Positions 1-9,980 are shown, numbered from the stretch's first letter. The stretch is DNA of 57,567 nt from an uncultured Thermoanaerobaculia bacterium (GCA_964438135.1 CAYTJW010000002.1:1-57567), one strand, 5' to 3'. Notes: generated by a model from the sequence alone, not told the origin. Numbers and translations: made by a program.

Positions 1-441
1 GGCGACGCCGCCGCCCCGGCCGGCGAGCAGGCCCTGGCCCGCATCCTCCTCGAGGGGTCGCCAGCGGCGCGCCAGCGGCTGCTCGAGGGGATCCGGGCCG
101 AGCTCCTCGTCGACCCGCGCGTGCGCCGCCTGCTCGAGGCCGCCACCTCCCTCGGCGACGCCGCCGGCCCGCCGGCCGCCTTCGTCCGCTCCCTCCTCGA
201 CCGCTGCGACGACCCCGCCGCCGCCGCCCTGGTCGCCGAGCTCGCCACCGCCGACCTGCCGGAGCTCGACCAGGCGGCCTGCGAGCGGCAGGTCGAGCAG
301 GCGGAGCGACGGCAGCAGGAGGAGCTGGCGCGGCGGCTCGGCCCGGCCATCCGCGCGGCCGAGCAACGCGGCGACCACGCCGAGCTCGAGCGGCTGCTGG
401 GCGAGAAGGCGCGCCTGCGCCAGGGCCGTCGGCCGCGGTGA
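1..441 (+). CDS. dnaG: C-terminal end of a protein truncated by the window edge; probably the DnaG primase C-terminal region
   Basis: Frame 1 is open from nt 1 to TGA 439-441, the same frame as track ORF 121..441. The tail is Ala/Leu/Glu-rich and looks helical. It lies directly upstream of rpoD, the conserved dnaG-rpoD arrangement. No catalytic motif lies in the window, so the call rests on synteny only. Confidence 0.45.
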   Translation, partial: GDAAAPAGEQALARILLEGSPAARQRLLEGIRAELLVDPRVRRLLEAATSLGDAAGPPAAFVRSLLDRCDDPAAAALVAELATADLPELDQAACERQVEQAERRQQEELARRLGPAIRAAEQRGDHAELERLLGEKARLRQGRRPR

Positions 442-467
442 GAGCGGCGCGACGACGGCGGCCGGGC

Positions 468-496
468 TTGCCAAAGGGCGGACCTCGGCCCATATT
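468..496 (+). promoter_or_regulatory. Candidate sigma70-type promoter for rpoD (TTGCCA-N17-CATATT)
   Basis: TTGCCA at 468-473, a 17-nt spacer, and CATATT at 491-496, in the dnaG-rpoD intergenic region. This is a sequence match only. Confidence 0.3.
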
Positions 497-519
497 CCCT
501 TCGGTGGCGATGAAACTGC

Positions 520-559
520 CGCTCGTGGTGGTGCTGGGCGTGACCGCGCACCACGAGCG
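520..559 (+). promoter_or_regulatory. Perfect 11-bp stem / 18-nt loop hairpin in the rpoD leader
   Basis: CGCTCGTGGTG (520-530) is the exact reverse complement of CACCACGAGCG (549-559). The hairpin lies between the candidate promoter and the rpoD start. Confidence 0.3.
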
Positions 560-741
560 AGGGAGCTGGTGACGACAGCCCCAGGTGGGGCGACCGGGGG
601 GAAGGGGCGAGCAGCCTGGGAGCGTTGTCCGTTCGGCGCGGGCAGGGCGGTCGCCGCCGCCAACCGAACGCGGCTCGGCGCTCGACACTCTCACCTGATC
701 TGGCCGAAGGCTGGTGGCGTGCGGCTTCTGGGAGGAGCAGC

Positions 742-2442
<1,701 letters not shown>

Positions 2443-2477
2443 GCAGCGGTCAGCGGTCGGCGATCGGCTGTCAGCTC
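2443..2477 (+). repeat. Five tandem heptamers (GCAGCGG TCAGCGG TCGGCGA TCGGCTG TCAGCTC) immediately after the rpoD stop
   Basis: Read directly from the sequence. It ends in GTCAGCTCCCGCCCC, the same ending as the array at 3405-3432. Confidence 0.4.
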
Positions 2478-2542
2478 CCGCCCCCGCCCGCGAAGCCACC
2501 CCGGCGGTTGCCCGTCCGGCGGCGAGCGAGTACCATGCCGCC

Positions 2543-2615
2543 GGGCCCATAGCTCAGCGGTCAGAGCCGCCGGCTCATACCCGGTAGGTCCCAGGTTCGA
2601 TCCCTGGTGGGCCCA
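2543..2615 (+). tRNA. tRNA with CAT anticodon (elongator tRNA-Met or lysidine-type tRNA-Ile2; not the initiator)
   Basis: The 73-nt sequence folds by hand into a cloverleaf. The acceptor is GGGCCCA/TGGGCCC, the D stem GCTC/GAGC, the anticodon stem GCCGG/CCGGT with loop CTCATAC, and the T arm CCAGG-TTCGATC-CCTGG. The discriminator is A and CCA is not encoded. A G1-C72 pair argues against an initiator. Confidence 0.9.
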
Positions 2616-2643
2616 GGGGGGCAGAAGCCGGAGAGGGGCCGAG

Positions 2644-3381
2644 GTGGAAAGCGCACGTCACGACCTGGTCATCATGGTTCGCCTGCAGGAGATCTACAAC
2701 CGGATCGCTGAGGCCATCAAGGAGCGCGGCTCCCCACCGCCCGAGGTCCTCGAGCTGCAGGAGGCCAACCGCCGCCGCCAGGCGGAGCTGGAGGAGCTCG
2801 AGCGCCAGGTCCTGCAGCACCACGAGGAGCTGCGCGAGGTGCGGCGCAAGGAGAACGAGTGCCAGCTCGAGCTCGAGCACTTCCAGCGCCAGAAGAGCAC
2901 CGTCTCGAACGAGCGCGAGTTCGTCGCCGTGCTGTCCGAGATCGACTACGCCACCAAGGGCCGCGACGAGGCCGCCGCCCGGCGACGGGAGCTGGAGCAG
3001 CTCATCGAGCAGCTCTCCGCCGAGATCGCCACCCGCAAGCAGGCGCGGCCGGAGGAGGAGGAGGCGCAGCGGACCGTGGTCGCCGGCTGGGAGGCCCGCA
3101 AGAACGCGCTGAAGCGGGTCGTGCACGAGGCGGCGCTGAAGGCCAGGGAGCTGGAGGGCTGCCTCCAACCCACCCACCGCGCCCGCTTCCTCCGCCTGCT
3201 GCAGAGCAAGCGCGGCGTGGCGGTGGCGGCGGTGGCGGACGGCTCCTGCTCGCTGTGCCACTTCTCCCTCCGCCCGCACCTCCAGCAGCGGGTGCGGCGG
3301 AGCCAGGAGATCATCGCCTGCGAGCACTGCCACCGCATCCTCTACATGCTCGACGCCCTCGACGACGGGCCGGACAGCTGA
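2644..3381 (+). CDS. Coiled-coil / C4 zinc-ribbon protein (COG1579-like)
   Basis: Track ORF of 245 aa. A long heptad-like Glu/Arg/Leu-rich region is followed by CSLCHFSL...ACEHCHRILY (CxxC...CxxC). Confidence 0.75.
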   Translation: MESARHDLVIMVRLQEIYNRIAEAIKERGSPPPEVLELQEANRRRQAELEELERQVLQHHEELREVRRKENECQLELEHFQRQKSTVSNEREFVAVLSEIDYATKGRDEAAARRRELEQLIEQLSAEIATRKQARPEEEEAQRTVVAGWEARKNALKRVVHEAALKARELEGCLQPTHRARFLRLLQSKRGVAVAAVADGSCSLCHFSLRPHLQQRVRRSQEIIACEHCHRILYMLDALDDGPDS

Positions 3382-3404
3382 CGAGCCGTGGACACGGCCA
3401 GCGC

Positions 3405-3432
3405 TCAGCTGTCAGCTGTCAGCCGTCAGCTC
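3405..3432 (+). repeat. Four tandem heptamers (TCAGCTG TCAGCTG TCAGCCG TCAGCTC) 24 nt after the zinc-ribbon gene stop
   Basis: Read directly from the sequence. It contains overlapping AGCTG-N-CAGCT inverted repeats and ends in GTCAGCTCCCCCTCCC, like the array at 2443-2477. Confidence 0.4.
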
Positions 3433-3475
3433 CCCCTCCCACCCGAGCGGGCGCCGCGGCAACGGCGAGACGGAC

Positions 3476-4189
3476 ATGCCGGGTGACGAGCCTCTGGGCG
3501 TGGCGCCGAGCGTGGCCGAGCGGGTGCGGGAGGTGCGGCGGCGGCTGGCGGCGGCGGCCGAGCGGGCCGGCCGCGACCCCGCCGCGGTCACCCTGGTCGC
3601 GGTCGGCAAGACCCACCCGGCGGAACGCCTCGCCGAGGCGCTCGCCGCCGGAGTCCTCGACCTGGGCGAAAACCGGGTGCAGGAGGCGGCGGCCAAGAAG
3701 CCGGCGCTCCCCGCCGCCCGCTGGCACCTGATCGGGCCCCTGCAGCGCAACAAGGCGCGCGCCGCCCTGGAGCTGTTCGACGTGCTCCACACCTGCGACC
3801 GCCTCGAGCTGGCGGAGCGGCTCGAACGGCTCCTCGCCGAGGGGTGGCCCGGGCGCCGGCTGCCGCTGCTGGTGGAGGTCAACGTCGGCCGGGAGCCGAG
3901 CAAGTCCGGCGTCCTCCCGGAGCTGGCCCGCGCCCTCCTCGAGCAGGTCGCGGCCTGCCCGCACCTGGAGCCGGTCGGGCTCATGGCCGTGCCGCCGTTC
4001 GCGGCCGACGCCGAGGCGTCGCGGCCCCACTTCCGGGCCCTGCGCCAGCTGCGCGACACCCTCGCGCAGCAGCTCGGCCGGCCGCTCCCCGAGCTGTCGA
4101 TGGGCATGAGCCACGACTTCGAGGTCGCGGTCGACGAGGGCGCCACCCTGGTCCGGGTCGGCACCGCCATCTTCGGCGAGCGGTCGTAG
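3476..4189 (+). CDS. yggS: YggS-family pyridoxal-phosphate homeostasis protein
   Basis: Track ORF of 237 aa with family hallmarks: VAVGKTHP, GENRVQE, WHLIGPLQRNKA and SMGMSHDFEVAVDEGATLVRVGTAIFG. Confidence 0.9.
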   Translation: MPGDEPLGVAPSVAERVREVRRRLAAAAERAGRDPAAVTLVAVGKTHPAERLAEALAAGVLDLGENRVQEAAAKKPALPAARWHLIGPLQRNKARAALELFDVLHTCDRLELAERLERLLAEGWPGRRLPLLVEVNVGREPSKSGVLPELARALLEQVAACPHLEPVGLMAVPPFAADAEASRPHFRALRQLRDTLAQQLGRPLPELSMGMSHDFEVAVDEGATLVRVGTAIFGERS

Positions 4190-4268
4190 GCTGGCCGCCC
4201 GGGGCGGTGGTTGTCATCGCCCGGCCCGTGTGTGAGGATTCCGGTGGAACCGGGGGGCACCCAACGGC

Positions 4269-5501
4269 ATGGCTCGGGAGCGCATGGAACCGTCCGATCG
4301 GCAGACCGCGGCGAGGAGCCTCGCAGCCGCCGCGACCCCGGCCTGCACCCAGCTGCTGCGCGACCTGGTGAGCATCCCATCCCCCGCCCGCGGCGAGCGC
4401 CTGGCGTGCGAGCGGGTCGTGCGCGAGATGGAGCGGCTCGGCTTCGAGGAGGTTGTCGTCGACGACATGGGCAACGTCCTCGGCCGCTTCGGCTGCGGGC
4501 CCCGGGTGCTGGCCTTCGACGCCCACGTCGACACGGTCGGCATCACCAACCCGGCGCTGTGGCGACACGACCCCTTCCGCGGCGTGGTCGCGGACGGGAC
4601 CCTGTTCGGGCGCGGCGCCTCGGACCAGAAGGGGGGCCTCGCCGCGGTGGTCCACGGCGGGGCGCTGGCCGCCCGTCTCGGCCTCCCCGCCGACCTCACC
4701 CTGTGGGTCACGGCCACCGTCCACGGCGAGGACTGCGACGGCCTCGCCTGGCAGTACCTGGTCCGGGAGCGCGGCCTGCGGCCGGAAGCGGTGGTCGTGG
4801 CCATGCCCTCCCACCTCGGGGTGTGTCGCGGGCAGCGCGGCCGGATGGAGATCGAGATCGCCGCCGCGGGCGTCTCCGCCCACGGCTCGCAGCCGGATCG
4901 GGGCGTGAACGCCGTCTACACCATGGCGCCGGTCGTGCTCGCGCTGGCCCGGCTCCACGGCGCCCTCACCACGAGCCACCCGATGCTCGGCCCGGGCTCG
5001 CTGGCGGTGACCGAGATCCGCTCGCGGACCCCGTCCCTGACCGCCCTGCCGGACGAGTGCACCCTGCACGTCGACCGCCGGCTGACCATCGGCGAGACGC
5101 CGGAGGAGGCACTGGACCAGATCGCGGCCCTGCCGGAGGTCCGCGCTGCCGGCGCGACCGTCCGCCTGCTCGAGTTCTCCCAGCCGTCGTGGCGGGGCCT
5201 GGTCTACCCGACCCGGAAGGTGTTCCCGGCCTGGGAGACGGCCGCGGACAGCGCGGCGGCACGGGCGGCGGTGCTCGCTGCCCGCCAGGTGCTGGGTCGC
5301 GAGCCCCGCCTCCACCGCTCCGCCTTCTCCTCCACCGGCTGCGCCACCGCCGGCCTGTTCGGCATCCCGACGGTCGGCTTCGGCCCCGCCGACGAGCTGC
5401 ACTCGCACACCGTCGAGGACCAGATCTCCCTCGCCATGCTGCCCCCCGCCATGGCCTTCTTCGCCCTCTTCCCGCTGGTCTACCGCCAGCTGGCGGGGTG
5501 A
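4269..5501 (+). CDS. M20-family metallopeptidase/deacylase (ArgE/DapE/YgeY-like)
   Basis: Track ORF of 410 aa. The motifs are LRDLVSIPSPARGE, AFDAHVDTVG and GRGASDQKGGLAA. The subfamily cannot be decided by eye. Confidence 0.8.
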   Translation: MARERMEPSDRQTAARSLAAAATPACTQLLRDLVSIPSPARGERLACERVVREMERLGFEEVVVDDMGNVLGRFGCGPRVLAFDAHVDTVGITNPALWRHDPFRGVVADGTLFGRGASDQKGGLAAVVHGGALAARLGLPADLTLWVTATVHGEDCDGLAWQYLVRERGLRPEAVVVAMPSHLGVCRGQRGRMEIEIAAAGVSAHGSQPDRGVNAVYTMAPVVLALARLHGALTTSHPMLGPGSLAVTEIRSRTPSLTALPDECTLHVDRRLTIGETPEEALDQIAALPEVRAAGATVRLLEFSQPSWRGLVYPTRKVFPAWETAADSAAARAAVLAARQVLGREPRLHRSAFSSTGCATAGLFGIPTVGFGPADELHSHTVEDQISLAMLPPAMAFFALFPLVYRQLAG

Positions 5502-5556
5502 GGGGCGGGAGAGCGGGGACGGAGAGACCCCTCGCAGCGCGGCGGGTCACGGGGGC

Positions 5557-5619
5557 TGGCGGAGGGAGTGGGATTCGAACCCACGGAGGCGTGAGCCTCA
5601 GCGGTTTTCAAGACCGCTC
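5557..5619 (-). pseudogene. 3' portion only of a tRNA-Ser(UGA) gene (anticodon stem to CCA); probable att core / island junction
   Basis: The reverse complement reads GCGGT-CTTGAAA-ACCGC (anticodon TGA), a long variable arm GAGGC-TCAC-GCCTC, the T arm GTGGG-TTCGAAT-CCCAC, and the acceptor 3' strand TCCCTCC-G-CCA. The required 5' strand GGAGGGA and a D arm are absent from the next 40 nt. Confidence 0.8.
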
Positions 5620-5624
5620 AGTTC

Positions 5625-5652
5625 CGTTCTGAGCCGTTCTGACTCGTTCTGA
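5625..5652 (+). repeat. Three copies of CGTTCTGA at an exact 10-bp period, between the tRNA-Ser fragment and the integrase gene
   Basis: CGTTCTGA occurs at 5625-5632, 5635-5642 and 5645-5652. The position and helical phasing fit arm-type recombinase or accessory-protein binding sites. Confidence 0.5.
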
Positions 5653-5780
5653 TTCTATCCTCGCAAGTATTGACAAATGCCGCTGTTGTGGACAGACTTT
5701 CTTGAGTGCACCTGATCGCTCTCGACGACCGGTGTAGAGAAGTGTTGCCCCGGCGTTGACCCAGCGGCCAGGCGCGGGAG

Positions 5781-7025
5781 GTGCTCGTGCCACGACGGCC
5801 AGCGTTCGACCTGACGACCCTGCGCAAGCTGGCGCCGCGCGCAGCGCGGTTCGACCACTGGGACCCCGCCACGCCCGGCCTCGCCCTGCGTGTCTCGCCG
5901 TCGGGGGTCAAGGTGTTCTACTGGGTCCGCCGCGTCGGCCGGCGGGTCGAGCGCGTGCGCCTCGGCGCGCTCGAGGAGTTCGAGCGGATCGGCGATGTGC
6001 GCGCGCTCGCCCAGCAGCAGACGGCCCTGAAGACGGGCGGCGTGGACCCCGCCGAGCACCGCCGCGCCCAGCGCGCGGAACTGACGCTTGGGGAGCTGTG
6101 GACGGCGTGGGTGGCGCACCCGAGCAAGCGCAAGGGGCAGACCTGGGGCGAGGTCAACTGGCGCGAGGTGAACCGCTGGGAGAAGTACCTCGCGGCGTGG
6201 GGCGGGCGACGCCTCTCGGGCGTCACCGCCGCCGAGGTCACCGCGCTGCTCGAGCGCATCGCGTCGGGCGGCTCGCCCGTGCAGGCGAACCGGGTCCGCG
6301 CCCTGGTGCGCGCCGTCTTCAACTACGCGGTGAGCCTCGGGCTCGCCGGGGCCAACCCCGTCAGCCGGACGACGCCGCGCAGCCGCGAGCAGCCGCGGGC
6401 GCGGCACCTGAGCGCCGCCGAGCTCAAGCGCTTCCTGGCTGCGCTCGACGCCCAGGAGTCCGGCGACCTGCGCGACTGGTGCCGCCTGCTGCTCTTCACC
6501 GGGGCCCGCAGCCACACCGTCTACGCCATGCGCTGGCAGGACGTCGACCTGAACGAGCGGGTCTGGACGATCCCGGGGGAGGCGATGAAGGCAGGCCGGA
6601 CGCTGGTCGTCCCCCTCGCCCCGGTGGTCGTGGACCTCCTCGCCACCCGGCACCGCGTGCGCCAAGTGGGCAGCCTCTGGGTCTTCCCGTCGCGCCGCCG
6701 AGGCGAGCACCTCACCGACCTGCGGGAGCTGTTCAATGACCTGCGCGACGCCGCCGCGCTGAAGGACCTCACGCCGCACGACCTCCGGCGAACCTTCGCG
6801 AGCTACGCCCAGGCCGCCGGCGTGCCGCTCGAGGTGATCGCTGGCGCGCTCGGCCACACCCCCGTCGGCGGCGTGACTGCGATCTACGCCAAGGTGCAGC
6901 CAGAGCACGTGCGGCTCGCCGTCGAGCGCGCTGTCGCCACGATGCTAGCGGTCGCCGAGGGCCCCGACGGCGGCGCGACCGTCCTCGCGGCGGTGGTCCC
7001 GGCGTGGGCGCGGGAGGCGACCTGA
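5781..7025 (+). CDS. Tyrosine recombinase / phage-type integrase (int1)
   Basis: Track ORF of 414 aa. The N-terminus is like P4-type integrases (GLALRVSPSGVKVFYWVRRV). The catalytic region has TGARSHTVYAMRWQDV, HDLRRTFASY, LGHT and AIYAKV. A GGGAGG SD-like sequence precedes GTG 5781/5787. Confidence 0.9.
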   Translation: MLVPRRPAFDLTTLRKLAPRAARFDHWDPATPGLALRVSPSGVKVFYWVRRVGRRVERVRLGALEEFERIGDVRALAQQQTALKTGGVDPAEHRRAQRAELTLGELWTAWVAHPSKRKGQTWGEVNWREVNRWEKYLAAWGGRRLSGVTAAEVTALLERIASGGSPVQANRVRALVRAVFNYAVSLGLAGANPVSRTTPRSREQPRARHLSAAELKRFLAALDAQESGDLRDWCRLLLFTGARSHTVYAMRWQDVDLNERVWTIPGEAMKAGRTLVVPLAPVVVDLLATRHRVRQVGSLWVFPSRRRGEHLTDLRELFNDLRDAAALKDLTPHDLRRTFASYAQAAGVPLEVIAGALGHTPVGGVTAIYAKVQPEHVRLAVERAVATMLAVAEGPDGGATVLAAVVPAWAREAT

Positions 7026-7026
7026 T

Positions 7027-7503
7027 TCAGCTGTGCTCCACGAGCCACGCGAGGTAGCGCTCCGCGACCACCAGGATTGCCTCGGGCTCCGAGAGCGTCG
7101 AGCCGGTCGACACCGCCGCCTTGAGCGCCACCGAGGCGAGGATGCCGTTCGTGCCCTGCGGCCTGGTAGCGGGCGCTGAGGTTAGTTCAGAAGGAGAGGC
7201 GGGGGTGATCTCGTACCTGGGGAACACCCGGCCGTCCTCGCTCACGCGCTGGCTGGTCGTGACGGCGATCCTGGAGCCGCGGCTGAGGTTGAGCTGGTCA
7301 AGCTCCGGGTAGAGCGAGCGCGGCGGGAAGAAGGTGTGGTCGGCCCCGTCGTCGGTGCGGACGCGGTAGGCACGGTACGGCCCGAAGCGTGTCTCGCCCT
7401 CGCGGGGCCTGTCGTACAGCACCGTCAGGGTCGTCGTCGTGCCGGGGGTGAGGAAGTCGTTGGATGGCATCGCAGTGGGGGGTAGGCGGTGCGGGGTGCG
7501 CAC
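7027..7503 (-). CDS. Hypothetical protein
   Basis: Track ORF of 158 aa with ordinary, non-shadow amino-acid composition. It is convergent with int1. No family was recognised. Confidence 0.5.
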   Translation of the reverse strand: MRTPHRLPPTAMPSNDFLTPGTTTTLTVLYDRPREGETRFGPYRAYRVRTDDGADHTFFPPRSLYPELDQLNLSRGSRIAVTTSQRVSEDGRVFPRYEITPASPSELTSAPATRPQGTNGILASVALKAAVSTGSTLSEPEAILVVAERYLAWLVEHS

Positions 7504-7528
7504 CGGGCTGCACCCCGCTCCGGGTGGA

Positions 7529-7921
7529 TCAGGGGGTCGTCGGCTCCTTCACCGACGTGGGGGCCTCGAGGCTCACGCTCGAGATGCCGTCCTTCTTCTT
7601 CCACGTGAGCACGTTCACCACGTCGGCCCGGACCTCGGTGACGTAGCGGCGCTCGCCGTCGACCTCGAAGGCGCGGTTGAGGAGATGCCCCTCGACGTAC
7701 AGCCCGGTGCCCTTCGTGAGGCATGTGGTGCAGATTTCGCCGAGCTTCCCCCAGGCGACGACCCGGTGGTAGTCGGTGACGTCCTTCTTCACGCCCTCCG
7801 ACGTGTGGTCGCGGTGCGTGGCGAGCGGGAAGGTGACGCGCGGTCGGCCGCTCTTCGTGGGGGTAGTCTCCGGGTCGGCGGCGAGGTGGCCGACGAGGAT
7901 GACCTTGTTGACGCTGCGCAT
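7529..7921 (-). CDS. ssb: Single-stranded DNA-binding protein
   Basis: Internal ATG at 7921 of track ORF 7529..8182. The sequence is MRSVNKVILVGHLAADPE...DYHRVVAWGKLGE...GLYVEGHL...YVTEVRAD, a typical SSB OB fold. The upstream 87 aa of the track ORF are Ser/Arg/Pro-rich junk. Confidence 0.85.
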   Translation of the reverse strand: MRSVNKVILVGHLAADPETTPTKSGRPRVTFPLATHRDHTSEGVKKDVTDYHRVVAWGKLGEICTTCLTKGTGLYVEGHLLNRAFEVDGERRYVTEVRADVVNVLTWKKKDGISSVSLEAPTSVKEPTTP

Positions 7922-7964
7922 GGTGGTGGGGAATGAGGGGACAGAGGTGGGTGGGGCTCGACGC

Positions 7965-8354
7965 TCACGCCGGTGAGGCCGGTGGCCTCGGCCGACGGTG
8001 GGCGGGATGCAGGAACGACGCGAGGGTTCGCTCCCCGGGGGTGAGGCTCGTGTCGCGCTCGATCCCGAGGCCGAGCGGCCCGCGGATCGAGCGCAGCTCG
8101 GAGAGGGTGACGTAGCCGTACTCGTCGAAGTCCTCGCCGAGGGGCGAGAGGCAGTAGCCGAAGAAGTCCCAGTCGGGCGCACCGCTGGGCCCCGGCTCGC
8201 CTGGGGCGGGCTCCCCCTCGGTCACGAAGAACGTGTAGCGGCCGCAGGGGTCGAAGAACTTGCAGACGACCAGCGCGCCGTCGCCCTTGCCCTCCTGGGC
8301 GTGGAGCGGGAAGCGCTGGAGCACTTCGGCGAGGGTCGTGGTGAGGAGCTGCAT
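7965..8354 (-). CDS. DUF2958-family protein (copy 1)
   Basis: Internal ATG at 8354 of track ORF 7965..8804. The sequence is MQLLTTTLAEVLQRFPLHAQEGKGDGALVVCKFFDPCGRYTFFVTEGE...FFGYC...EYGYVTLSELRSIRGPLGLGIERD, the DUF2958 pattern common on conjugative elements. Confidence 0.8.
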   Translation of the reverse strand: MQLLTTTLAEVLQRFPLHAQEGKGDGALVVCKFFDPCGRYTFFVTEGEPAPGEPGPSGAPDWDFFGYCLSPLGEDFDEYGYVTLSELRSIRGPLGLGIERDTSLTPGERTLASFLHPAHRRPRPPASPA

Positions 8355-8365
8355 CGCCGTGGGGG

Positions 8366-8920
8366 TCAGGTGGGGGGAGCCTCGTCGAGCGGCGTGGCGA
8401 CGTTCAGTCCCGCGTCCCGGGCAGCTTCGACCAGCCGCCGTATGAGCGCCTCGTTCTCGCCGAACGCGGCGGCGAGCCGGTCGAGGCAGCGCCCGGGCAG
8501 GTAGTCGCCCTCGTCGTGGATGACGAGCCGGCCGTCGAACGCCTCGCGGTTGAGGCGCTCCAGCAGGTCGCAGAGCTGGACGTGGACGCGCACCCGGTCC
8601 TTGGCGAACTGCGTCTTGCAGAAGGCGTAGGGCAGGACGCCCGTGCCCTCGACCCACTCGAGGCTGAAGGTCTCGCAGCCCGGGTCCGGGTTCCACGCCA
8701 CCGAGCGGATCGTCCCCGTGCTCTCGCGCGAGCTGCCGCACTGCCCGCTGCTGTGCTCCAGGTACCAGCGGCCCTCCTCGCGCCGCTGGCCGAGGGCCTC
8801 CCACCCGAACCGCGCCGCGGCGTCGGACGCGATGGTGGTGGCCTTGGTGAACTGGGCCTCCGCAGTGGCCGGGTCGAGGTGGTTCCCCGCCTCCGTGAAG
8901 TAGTGGATGGTGATGCCCAT
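8366..8920 (-). CDS. Hypothetical protein
   Basis: Track ORF of 184 aa with protein-like composition, in the same leftward gene string. No family was recognised. Confidence 0.55.
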   Translation of the reverse strand: MGITIHYFTEAGNHLDPATAEAQFTKATTIASDAAARFGWEALGQRREEGRWYLEHSSGQCGSSRESTGTIRSVAWNPDPGCETFSLEWVEGTGVLPYAFCKTQFAKDRVRVHVQLCDLLERLNREAFDGRLVIHDEGDYLPGRCLDRLAAAFGENEALIRRLVEAARDAGLNVATPLDEAPPT

Positions 8921-8932
8921 GGCCGTGGGGGA

Positions 8933-9292
8933 TCAGGCGGGTGCAGCCGACGAGAGGAGCGACGCCAGACGCTCGAGGTCCTGCTTCGACGGCGGGGCGG
9001 CGACGAGGTCGTGCCCGCGCCGCACCATGCGGGCCGCCTTGTCCGCGAACACGTAGAACTCGCCGAGCTCCGGGTTGACGACGAGCGGCCCCTCGGCCCG
9101 GAGCACGTCGCCGGGGCTGAGCGCGGCGATCGCGGCGGCCTCCTGGCCGATGGCCGCCACCGTGACGGTGGTCTTCGGCAGCGCCTCGATCTCAACCTCG
9201 GCGGACGCGAACACCGGGCCGTCCCGGGAGAGGCGGACCGTCGGCGCGCCCGCCCGGCCCTGGACCACGACGCGGTTGTAGGTCTGCTCCAT
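8933..9292 (-). CDS. Hypothetical protein (possibly OB-fold/SSB-like)
   Basis: Track ORF of 119 aa and the first gene of the leftward string. The sequence begins NRVVVQGRAGAPTVRLSRDGPVFASAEVE, weakly reminiscent of SSB N-termini. Confidence 0.5.
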   Translation of the reverse strand: MEQTYNRVVVQGRAGAPTVRLSRDGPVFASAEVEIEALPKTTVTVAAIGQEAAAIAALSPGDVLRAEGPLVVNPELGEFYVFADKAARMVRRGHDLVAAPPSKQDLERLASLLSSAAPA

Positions 9293-9521
9293 AGAAGCGT
9301 GGGGTTAGGGGTGTGGGACCCCTCGGGCGAAGCCCGAGGAATCTCACCCCTCCCGTGTTCCGGCGTTCGACGCGGTGCCGCGGGCGACGGTGTGCCTTGG
9401 GAGTCGGGGGCGTGTCGCCAAGCCTAGGTGCCGCTCAGCGTGACGCCGTACAGCCGCTGGTATCAGCCCGATGTCATGGTTGGTATGCTGGGGGTCGACC
9501 TACCCCTTCTCCAATATTCGT

Positions 9522-9980
9522 ATGCCCTCCAACAAGATCTGGGGGATTCCCCTCCTTACAGCGCTGGTCCTCTCGGGCTGCACGACTGAGACGTCCTCTC
9601 CGGGGCGTGCTCCCCGGTTACCGCGACCTTCACCTGTTTCCGCCCAGCAAGAGCCGTCCAGCGCTCGCACACAAGAACGCTCCCCCGCCGAGAACCTCGC
9701 AGTTATCGAGGCGCAGGATTCATCGCCCTCTCGGGAAGATGTGGCTGCCTTCGACACGCTCCTGACGCGTCTTGCGAATAGGTGTCCTGAAGGGAAGTCT
9801 CAGCTCTCCGACATCATCGTCAACGCACAAGAGGCCCTCCAGCAGAACGGGTACGAAAGAACTCTGCGACAGATCGGCGAGATGATCCTCGCGAGCCTTC
9901 CCGACTCGGGGAGAGCGCCGTCTTCTTGCCAGGACGTCGCCGCGGTGGATGTGATGTTCATCCTGAAAGGACTGGAGTAG
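9522..9980 (+). CDS. Putative lipoprotein
   Basis: Internal ATG at 9522 of track ORF 9471..9980 gives MPSNKIWGIPLLTALVLSGC, a signal peptide plus LSGC lipobox. The local sequence is visibly less GC-rich than its surroundings. Confidence 0.55.
   Translation: MPSNKIWGIPLLTALVLSGCTTETSSPGRAPRLPRPSPVSAQQEPSSARTQERSPAENLAVIEAQDSSPSREDVAAFDTLLTRLANRCPEGKSQLSDIIVNAQEALQQNGYERTLRQIGEMILASLPDSGRAPSSCQDVAAVDVMFILKGLE

Noticed and set aside
2443-3432. CRISPR array or other spacer-repeat structure in the heptamer arrays, and in the 23-bp IS-end repeats at 39154-39305
   Set aside because: The repeat units are 7 bp and contiguous, with no spacers. The 23-bp-phased repeats match the IS21 termini and occur in both orientations. 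No cas genes are present.
3412-5550. Long antisense or off-frame ORFs over yggS and the M20 peptidase (for example 3412..4380, 3981..5408 and 4211..5632)
   Set aside because: Shadow composition. They overlap frames that have clear YggS and M20 motifs.
5557-5650. A complete tRNA-Ser gene
   Set aside because: No GGAGGGA acceptor 5' strand and no D arm can be found upstream of the anticodon stem. Only the 3' 63 nt fit the cloverleaf.
5655-6908. A 417-aa ORF antisense to the integrase
   Set aside because: No motifs and a composition typical of the antisense of a GC-rich gene. The plus-strand frame has the recombinase catalytic residues.
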